Positions 25,432-32,000 of a stretch of DNA of 32,000 nucleotides are shown here, one piece after another (the first letter of the stretch is position 1; each line of letters opens with the position of its first letter). Made by a program: the position numbers and the translations under genes. This stretch comes from Hathewaya proteolytica DSM 3090 (GTDB lineage: Bacteria; Bacillota; Clostridia; Clostridiales; Clostridiaceae), in contig NZ_FRAD01000006.1 of NCBI RefSeq assembly GCF_900142225.1, forward strand, positions 131,548-163,547, given 5' to 3'. The notes under the pieces were generated by a model. The model was not told the DNA's origin. It did no database searches and saw only the letters and a program-made list of their open reading frames with translations.

Positions 25432-25866
25432 ATGATGATTTCAACAAAAGGTCGCTATGCTCTTCGAGTAATGATTGACCTCGCAGAACACAATTCTGGA
25501 AGCTATATTCCCTTATCAGATATAGCGAAACGACAGGAAATTTCCGAAAAGTATTTGGAAAGCATCGTTTCAACATTGAGCAAAAATGGTCTAGTGGACG
25601 CTTTACGTGGTAAAGGCGGAGGATATAAATTAAATCGTGAACCTGAAAATTATACTGTGGCAAGCATTTTAAAGGTTACAGAAGGTTCATTAGCCCCTGT
25701 GGCATGCCTAGACACCACATCTAACTCTAATAAATGTACACGTGCTTCTCAATGCAAAACTCTAGCCATGTGGAAAAATCTCCAGAAAGTCATTGATGAC
25801 TTCTTTGAAGGGATTACTATTGCAGATCTTATGGACCATGAACCAGTGTCTGACTATATTATATAA
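25432..25866 (+). CDS. Rrf2-family transcriptional regulator (CymR-like)
   Basis: MMISTKGRYALRVMIDLAEH...IPLSDIAKRQEISEKYLESIVSTLSKNGLVDALRGKGGGYKL is the Rrf2 wHTH signature. ATG at 25432, 8 nt after GGAGG. The CymR-like call rests on its position next to cysK. Confidence 0.8.
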   Translation: MMISTKGRYALRVMIDLAEHNSGSYIPLSDIAKRQEISEKYLESIVSTLSKNGLVDALRGKGGGYKLNREPENYTVASILKVTEGSLAPVACLDTTSNSNKCTRASQCKTLAMWKNLQKVIDDFFEGITIADLMDHEPVSDYII

Positions 25867-25874
25867 ATTTCTAA

Positions 25875-25908
25875 AACACCATGAGGAAACAACCTTGTGG
25901 TGTTTTTT
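25875..25908 (+). terminator. Intrinsic terminator after the Rrf2 gene
   Basis: AACACCATGAGG-aaacaa-CCTTGTGGTGTT forms a 12-bp stem (two G.U pairs), running into TTTTTT. Confidence 0.7.
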
Positions 25909-25932
25909 GCTGTAAAAATAATAATTTATATT

Positions 25933-25967
25933 AACCTATTTACAAAGTAGGTTTAAAGGAATATAAT
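25933..25967 (+). promoter_or_regulatory. cysK promoter with an inverted repeat over the -35 box
   Basis: TTTACA (25939-25944), 17-nt spacer, TATAAT (25962-25967). AACCTA (25933-25938) and TAGGTT (25948-25953) form a dyad around the -35. A third AACCTA follows at about 25974. Confidence 0.55.
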
Positions 25968-26045
25968 ATTATCAACCTACTAGTTAAGTATTTTACGCAG
26001 AAAATAGATTGATTATATAAAACAATTATTTGAGGAGGAATTATT

Positions 26046-26978
26046 ATGTCAAAAATTTATACTTCAGTAGATGAACTTATAGGAAGAACTCCATTATTGG
26101 AGCTTACACACATTGAAAAAAATATGAAACTACAAGCAAAAATTCTTGCAAAACTTGAGTACTTCAATCCTGCTGGTTCCGTAAAAGATCGTGTAGCAAA
26201 GTCTATGATTGACGATGCAGAAGCTTCTGGTAAGCTTGTACCAGATTCAGTAATTATAGAGCCCACATCTGGAAACACAGGTATAGGCCTAGCCTCTGTT
26301 GCCGCTGCTAGGGGATACAGGATTATCATAGTAATGCCTGAAACTATGTCCATGGAACGCAGACAGCTGATGAAAGCTTACGGTGCTGAACTAGTGCTCA
26401 CTGAAGGGGCAAAGGGTATGAAGGGTGCCATCGAAAAAGCTGAAGAATTGGCAAAGGAAACTCCAAACAGCTTCATACCAGGTCAGTTCATAAACCCATC
26501 CAATCCTAAGGCTCATTTTAAAACTACTGGTCCTGAAATCTACCAAGATACAGATGGAAACGTGGATTATTTTGTAGCTGGTGTAGGTACTGGTGGGACT
26601 GTAACTGGTGTGGGTGAATACCTAAAATCAAAAAATCCTAACGTAAAAATTGTAGCTGTTGAACCCACTGATTCCCCTGTGCTTTCTAAAGGTGTAGGTG
26701 GTTCTCATAAAATTCAAGGTATAGGTGCCGGCTTTGTACCAGATGTATTGAATACAAAAATTTACGATGAAATCATAGCAGTATCCAATGAAGATGCATT
26801 TAAAACAGGAAAGTTCATAGGAATTAACGAGGGGGTATTAGTAGGAATATCCTCCGGTGCGGCTCTTCACGCTGCTATAGAGATTGCAAAGAGACCAGAG
26901 AACAAAGGGAAAAACATTGTTGTTCTTCTGCCAGACACAGGTGACAGATATCTCTCTACCCCTATGTTTGCAGATTAG
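26046..26978 (+). CDS. cysK: Cysteine synthase A (O-acetylserine sulfhydrylase)
   Basis: PLP-lysine context NPAGSVKDR, TSGNTGIGLA, GVGTGGTVTG. SD GAGGAGG. Confidence 0.93.
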   Translation: MSKIYTSVDELIGRTPLLELTHIEKNMKLQAKILAKLEYFNPAGSVKDRVAKSMIDDAEASGKLVPDSVIIEPTSGNTGIGLASVAAARGYRIIIVMPETMSMERRQLMKAYGAELVLTEGAKGMKGAIEKAEELAKETPNSFIPGQFINPSNPKAHFKTTGPEIYQDTDGNVDYFVAGVGTGGTVTGVGEYLKSKNPNVKIVAVEPTDSPVLSKGVGGSHKIQGIGAGFVPDVLNTKIYDEIIAVSNEDAFKTGKFIGINEGVLVGISSGAALHAAIEIAKRPENKGKNIVVLLPDTGDRYLSTPMFAD

Positions 26979-26987
26979 TCAGAAAAA

Positions 26988-27031
26988 TACCCATCATTGC
27001 ATTCTTTACGCTAAATGATGGGTATTTTTTG
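26988..27031 (+). terminator. Intrinsic terminator after cysK
   Basis: ATACCCATCATT...AATGATGGGTAT is a perfect 12-bp stem followed by TTTTTT. Confidence 0.8.
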
Positions 27032-27203
27032 TTAAATAATAGTTTTATTTTAAATTTATCTCAGTTTTCCCATTAATAATTTTAATAAAAATTATTTTTT
27101 TATCTTTCAATCAATTGAATTATGTGATAAAATATTTTTCATTATACTTTTTATTATATATTTTTATCATATATTTTTATTTAATTAAGATGGAGGGAAA
27201 AAC

Positions 27204-28415
27204 ATGAAAAAACTAATGAAAAAATGGAATAGTTTAAGTCTTGTAAAACAGATAGTTTTAGGTTTAGTGTTTGGTATTATTCTTGCGACAACTGTTCCAC
27301 AAATAGCAAAACCAATCGTAATTTTAGGCTCCTTGTTTGTAGGTGCTTTGAAAGCCATCGCACCTATATTAGTATTCTTTTTAGTTATGTCGGCTATATC
27401 TCAGCACAAATCTGGTCATAAAACTAATATGAAATCAATTATTACACTTTATCTTTTAGGAACGTTCTTAGCTGGATTTTTTGCTGTTATTGCAAGTTTT
27501 ATGTTTCCCGTAAAACTAACCTTATCTGCAGGCGCCGGAAACATGACCGCCCCTGGAGGTGTTTCGGAAGTTTTAAAAGCTCTATTAATGAATCTAGTTG
27601 ATAATCCCGTAAAGGCACTTTATAATGCCAACTACATCGGCATATTATCTTGGGCATTACTTCTTGGAGCTGCTTTAAAAAATGCACCTGAGTCTACTAA
27701 AACTTTACTTTCCAACGTTTCAGATGCAGTATCTCAAATAGTTAAATGGATTATTAACTTTGCCCCATTAGGAATCATGGGACTCGTATTCGATACCATT
27801 GCCACAAATGGTATTAAATCTCTGCTAAGTTATGGTCAATTACTTGCAGTTTTAATAGGATGTATGATTTTCATGGCACTTGTGGTAAATCCATTTATTG
27901 TATTTTTGTATATTCATAAAAATCCTTATCCCCTTGTATTAAAGTGCATAAAAGAAAGTGGTATAACAGCCTTCTTTACACGTAGCTCAGCTGCAAATAT
28001 TCCAGTTAATATGAGATTGTGTGAAGATTTAGGTTTAGATAAAGATACTTATTCCGTATCTATTCCCCTAGGAGCCACAATTAATATGGGTGGAGCAGCT
28101 GTAACTATATCTGTTTTGACCCTTGCAGCAGTTAACACCCTTAATGTACAAGTAAATATAATCACAGCTTTAATACTAAGTATATTGTCTGCAGTATCTG
28201 CTTGCGGGGCCTCTGGTGTTGCCGGTGGATCACTATTATTGGTTCCCTTGGCATGTAGCTTATTTGGAATTCCAAATGATATTGCTATGAAAGTAGTAGG
28301 TATAGGCTTTATTGTTGGAGTTCTACAAGATTCATTTGAAACAGCACTTAACTCATCTACAGATGTGCTTTTTACAGCTACAGCTGAATTTGCCCAACGG
28401 CGTAAAAGTAAATAA
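27204..28415 (+). CDS. sstT: Serine/threonine:sodium symporter SstT (DAACS family)
   Basis: The N-terminal region [16 protein letters not shown]...[48 protein letters not shown] closely parallels E. coli SstT as I remember it. Multi-TM. SD GGAGGG. Confidence 0.85.
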   Translation: MKKLMKKWNSLSLVKQIVLGLVFGIILATTVPQIAKPIVILGSLFVGALKAIAPILVFFLVMSAISQHKSGHKTNMKSIITLYLLGTFLAGFFAVIASFMFPVKLTLSAGAGNMTAPGGVSEVLKALLMNLVDNPVKALYNANYIGILSWALLLGAALKNAPESTKTLLSNVSDAVSQIVKWIINFAPLGIMGLVFDTIATNGIKSLLSYGQLLAVLIGCMIFMALVVNPFIVFLYIHKNPYPLVLKCIKESGITAFFTRSSAANIPVNMRLCEDLGLDKDTYSVSIPLGATINMGGAAVTISVLTLAAVNTLNVQVNIITALILSILSAVSACGASGVAGGSLLLVPLACSLFGIPNDIAMKVVGIGFIVGVLQDSFETALNSSTDVLFTATAEFAQRRKSK

Positions 28416-28438
28416 AAGAAAATAATATCAGTACAAAT

Positions 28439-28483
28439 CCCCATCACTGCAATAATCATATGCTAAGTGATGGGGTTTTTTTT
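28439..28483 (+). terminator. Intrinsic terminator after sstT
   Basis: CCCCATCACT...AGTGATGGGG is a perfect 10-bp stem followed by TTTTTTTT. Confidence 0.8.
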
Positions 28484-28507
28484 ATCACTGCCATTTATAA
28501 AAGAGCC

Positions 28508-30481
28508 CTATACATAATATTGGTGTTCCATCTTCTTGAAGAAATCTATTTTGGGCTCAAGGAACTTAAATTCATGTTTGTCACCATCTTCAAAATACAC
28601 ATTAATTGGCTCAAATATTTTGTCCCAATTCCACAATTCATCGCCAATGTTTAAGTATTCTTTAAACATCTCACAGCCTTCTGGAGCTATTGGGTGAACC
28701 AAAATAGCTATAACCTTGCAAGCATAAAAACAATCTGCTAGCACCTGTCTTTTGTTGCTCTCATCTTTCATATTATTTGCCCAATACTTATTTATCTCTC
28801 TTATATAATCATCAATAACATATGCAATCCTATGCAAATCTTGATTATACATATGCTTTTCATATTCTAGCACAGCTTTCTCCGTAGATTCCTTTATTTT
28901 TTGCGAAACCTCTACTTGTGGAAGCTTTTCCTCTAAACTCTGTAAAGTATAAAAACAAGAACGAATAATTCTGTTAAATACATTAGTCAGAAGGTTTCCT
29001 TCCTTTAGTACTGTGTCCACACCCTCTTTTTCCTCTTCTTTCATATATACCTGAGGCTTAAATCCAACGCTTTTTGAGGATAACCCCAAACTCATAAAAT
29101 GCATACGCAATTGGTCTTTGGTGTAGAATTCCAATAACTCATCTGCCATAGGTGGTTTAACATCGGAACTACTGCTTGCCTTTTTGTCCATAAACAAAAT
29201 ATGTTTATTAGGAACAATGTGTGGAAGCTTTAATTCAGAAACCTCTACACTGTCACCCTTATGGGACTTTAACCCAGCAAACATAGCCATTTCAGCAATG
29301 GAATAAAAATAAATATTATCTTCACCGATAAATTGATAAACCATGGAATCCTTATCTTCCCACCAAGTATGCCACTCTTCAGGATTCTTTCCAATGGACT
29401 CTAAATACGCCTTTGTAAATGAAATCGGTGCCCACAAAGATTCTGGCCATACCCAGAAAGTCAAATCCTTCATTCCATCCCTATCTGGTACCTTTACTCC
29501 CCAAGAAATATTTCCCGACAACCTGAAAGGAACCAAAGTCTTACCACTGGTATAATGAATCTTTAATTCGTCTAAAACCGCCTTTGCTTTATCCCTATCT
29601 TCTAACTTTTCAAAGATAAAAATTAAGGAAGGTTTTTTCTCCTCATCTATAGTTTCATGCTTTGGAAATCTAGCTTCCAGAGCCTCAAGATCCTCCACAT
29701 ATTTTCTAGGAACGTATATCAATGGTTTCTTTAAAAATTCATCTATAGCTTTGATTTCGTATTTTCTTCTGTTAGTATTTTTCATCAAAAACTCATTGAG
29801 CTGCTGCATAAGTTCCATAGACTTATCTAATGTAAAATACCAATTATCCACACTTTTTAATACTGGTTTTTTTCCCGATAATGTACTTATAGGATCGATT
29901 AATTCCGATTCCATGTATTGATGACCTAAAGAACATTCTTCTGCATATGCCTTTTCAGAAGTACACCCAGCAATAGGACATTTGCCAGTGACCTGTCTCC
30001 CATTAAGAAATGTTTTCTTATCTTCATCATAAAACTGCAATGCTGACATCTTCTCTATATATCCATTTTCAAATAAGGTATTAAAGATTTCTGCAGAAAG
30101 TTCCGTGTGTATTTCTCCAGTTCTCCCAAGAGCTGAAGCACCGAATATATTTAAACTAATATCATATGCATCCAGTGTCTTCTTTTGACTTAAATGATTG
30201 CTTGTAACATAATCTTCCATAGTATTTTCATATCCACTTTCCTTAAGCTTTCTATAGCTTTCAAGGATAGGCGAACCATAGCAATCCGTACCAGAAACGA
30301 AAATAACATTGTCCTTCCCTATTCTGTCCCTCAAAAATCTTGCAAATATATCTGCGTGAACAAACATACCCCCAACATGGCCAAAATGTAGATTTTTATT
30401 TCCATATGGCATTCCAGCAGTAACTACAGCCTTCTTTGGAAATATAGGCCTCTCATCTCTTCCCAACCTTTTACTTATCAT
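28508..30481 (-). CDS. metG: Class I aminoacyl-tRNA ligase, divergent methionyl-tRNA synthetase-like
   Basis: HIGH-type motif (PYGNKNLHFGHVGG), GTDCYGSPI, a Cys/His knuckle (CPIAGC...C..GH), and MetRS-like layout around the KMSKS position, which reads KKASSSS. The upstream T-box carries AUG specifier candidates. ATG at 30481 follows TAGGAGGAA. The gene symbol is tentative. Confidence 0.7.
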   Translation of the reverse strand: MISKRLGRDERPIFPKKAVVTAGMPYGNKNLHFGHVGGMFVHADIFARFLRDRIGKDNVIFVSGTDCYGSPILESYRKLKESGYENTMEDYVTSNHLSQKKTLDAYDISLNIFGASALGRTGEIHTELSAEIFNTLFENGYIEKMSALQFYDEDKKTFLNGRQVTGKCPIAGCTSEKAYAEECSLGHQYMESELIDPISTLSGKKPVLKSVDNWYFTLDKSMELMQQLNEFLMKNTNRRKYEIKAIDEFLKKPLIYVPRKYVEDLEALEARFPKHETIDEEKKPSLIFIFEKLEDRDKAKAVLDELKIHYTSGKTLVPFRLSGNISWGVKVPDRDGMKDLTFWVWPESLWAPISFTKAYLESIGKNPEEWHTWWEDKDSMVYQFIGEDNIYFYSIAEMAMFAGLKSHKGDSVEVSELKLPHIVPNKHILFMDKKASSSSDVKPPMADELLEFYTKDQLRMHFMSLGLSSKSVGFKPQVYMKEEEKEGVDTVLKEGNLLTNVFNRIIRSCFYTLQSLEEKLPQVEVSQKIKESTEKAVLEYEKHMYNQDLHRIAYVIDDYIREINKYWANNMKDESNKRQVLADCFYACKVIAILVHPIAPEGCEMFKEYLNIGDELWNWDKIFEPINVYFEDGDKHEFKFLEPKIDFFKKMEHQYYV

Positions 30482-30525
30482 AATATTCCTCCTATAAAAT
30501 TCTTTTATATTGTTATCCAAACGTC

Positions 30526-30822
30526 AAAAAACCCCTGCAGAAATATTCCTACAGGGGTGAAAATTCTATTTCACGATACCACCCTTTTTCCCTAAAATGT
30601 CGCCACTTTAGGCTCTTCAAGTACGTTAAATCATACTCCAGTTCTGTAACGTGAACCTACGTCATACCATCACTTACCCATGCTTACATTTAAATTGTAG
30701 CATTATAAGATCCATATGCAGCTCCGAGCCTTGTTTCATCATGACTTCATAATTTTCTTCCACCAACCGAAAACTCTCTGTGTAATCAACCATAACCACT
30801 CTTCTCTTCATAGCCTTTATTT
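30526..30822 (-). promoter_or_regulatory. T-box riboswitch leader, Met (AUG) specifier
   Basis: Minus strand: AGAGAG...GGTTGGTGGAAG stem I elements. Specifier region GAAAATTATGAAGTCATGATGAAAC, where every candidate codon is AUG. Conserved T-box AAAGGGTGGTATCGTG (UGGU can pair with the ACCA end). Terminator CACCCCTGTAGgaatatttCTGCAGGGG followed by TTTTTT (30526-30559). Confidence 0.85.
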
Positions 30823-30828
30823 TTTATG

Positions 30829-30857
30829 ATTATACAATTTATTACTGAAATTGTCAA
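30829..30857 (-). promoter_or_regulatory. Consensus sigma-A promoter of the T-box/metG-like unit
   Basis: Minus strand TTGACA (30852-30857), 17-nt spacer, TATAAT (30829-30834). Confidence 0.65.
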
Positions 30858-30989
30858 GCTACTCATGGAATATGAACCTGAACCTATGATTGATATATGA
30901 TAATGTCTTATTAGACCACACGTGATTATGTCCAACTTCAGAATAAATTGTAGTATAATAACCTCACGACTTAATATGTGAGGTGCTAG

Positions 30990-32000
30990 ATGAGAAAGGT
31001 AAATTTAAGAATGAATGAAGAGAGAAAATATGAAGTAATTAAGAGGTTAATAGATAGTAATGGAAATAAAGAGAGGGCTGCTGTAGCGTTAGGTTGTACT
31101 GTCAGACACATCAATAGATTAATTAATGGGTATAAAGCAAAAGGAAAAGAATATTTTATTCATGGCAACAGAGGTAGGAGACCTGTTCATGCTATGGATG
31201 AAAAAACTAAGCAATTAATTATAGATCTTTATAAGACTAAGTTCGGTGATTCAAACTTTACACATTTTTCAGAGCTATTATTAAAACCTTATGAGATAAT
31301 AGCTTCACCAGATAGAAGAACTGTCTTTGAATATAAACAAAAAAAATCCACTTCCATTGAAGAGGATACCTTTACGCAATTCGGATATGCTTGTAAACAG
31401 CTTGGTATTGAGATTCAAGCTACTAGTGTAGCCCAAGCTAAGGGAAGAGTTGAACGCTTGTTTCAAACTCTTCAGTCAAGACTCCCAGTCGAGATGCGCT
31501 TAGCTGGTATAACAACTATTGAGCAAGCAAATGAATTCTTAAACTCCTACATAAAAGAATTCAATTCTCAATTTGCATTACCTCTTGATAATACCAAATC
31601 TGTTTTTGAAACGCAACCTTCGGCAGAAAAAATTAATCTTATTTTAGCAGTAATTTCTCAGAGGAAAGTTGATAATGGATCCTGTATAAAGTATAAAAAC
31701 AATTACTATATTCCCGTAAGCAATAGTGGAATAGCAGTTCACTATCACAAAGGGACCTCCGGTCTTATAATTAAAGCATTTAACGAGCAACTATACATAA
31801 GCATAAAAGATAATGTATATTCATTAGAATTGATTCCTAATCATGTTCCAACTTCGAAGAACTTCGACTTTATATCATTACCTAAAAAGCCACGAAAAAA
31901 ATATATACCACCAATGAGTCATCCATGGAAACAAGATTCTTTTGAGGAATATTGTAAGAAACAAGCTCACCGTATGGAAAACGTAGCATTATCCGTATAA
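30990..32000 (+). mobile_element. ISNCY-like (rve/DDE-type) transposase gene, apparently with an in-frame internal deletion
   Basis: N-terminal HTH region (KYEVIKRLIDSNGNKERAAVALGCTVRHINRLINGYKAKGKEYFIHGNRGRRP) and C-terminal part (QAKGRVERLFQTLQSRLPVEMRLAGITTIEQANEFLNSYI) match what I remember of transposases annotated as ISNCY family. The segment between FSELLL and DRRTVFEY is far too short to hold the catalytic core. The stop lies at 31998-32000. IS ends were not identified. Confidence 0.6.

Noticed and set aside
25412-28654. ORFs 25412-25663(-), 26057-26353(-), 27499-27687(-), 28049-28459(-) and 28460-28654(+)
   Set aside because: They are antisense to the Rrf2, cysK, sstT and metG-like genes, or run through the sstT terminator. 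No translation signals were found.
30689-30965. Decamer TAAATTGTAG followed by an ATTATAA-like run occurs twice (about 30692 inside the T-box leader and about 30944 upstream of the transposase); considered as possible IS end or target duplication
   Set aside because: The match is only about 10 nt in very AT-rich DNA, both copies are on the same side of the transposase gene, and the first is embedded in a functional riboswitch. Most likely coincidence.
1-32000. Scan for CRISPR arrays, tRNA/rRNA genes, long tandem repeats and prophage or defence-gene hallmarks
   Set aside because: No regularly spaced repeats, no cloverleaf or rRNA-like conserved stretches, and no nuclease, helicase or methylase motifs were seen in any ORF. 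The only repeat structures found are the short regulatory repeats reported above.

Overview
Low-GC Firmicute (Clostridium-like) chromosomal segment. Almost everything from 1 to 24.4 kb is on the minus strand. No rRNA, tRNA or CRISPR array was seen.

Contents in order:
1. A methyl-accepting chemotaxis protein gene.
2. A complete type II fatty-acid synthesis operon (13164 down to 2948): acpP-accB-accC::accD-accA-fabH-fabK-fabK-like-fabD-fabG-fabF-fabZ, with a MarR-family regulator gene at its 3' end. accC and accD form one 750-aa in-frame fusion.
3. An accessory locus (13.4-19.2 kb). A LytTR response regulator and an AgrC-like (HPK10) histidine kinase flank a radical-SAM/SPASM enzyme with an N-terminal RRE-like region, a degenerate Walker-A-less ABC-ATPase remnant, and a 45-aa Cys-containing precursor peptide gene that I found by hand because it is below the ORF-track cutoff. 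Two perfect LytTR-type direct repeats sit just upstream of a TATAAT box in front of the precursor. There is no AgrB or AgrD. I read this as an agr-like autoinduction circuit whose signal or product is a radical-SAM-modified RiPP. It is the best candidate for an undescribed system in this window.
4. An orphan BlaI-family repressor, an ECF-type sigma factor with a coupled membrane-anchored partner, and an ABC-F (ARE-like) ATPase behind a long attenuator-type leader.
5. Small membrane and lipoprotein genes.
6. An Rrf2(CymR-like)-cysK-sstT sulfur/serine module on the plus strand.
7. A divergent MetRS-like class I tRNA ligase behind a Met (AUG) T-box.
8. An internally deleted ISNCY-like transposase gene ending at the window edge.

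All function calls rest on motif reading of the translations and on my own reading of the DNA. No database search was run.
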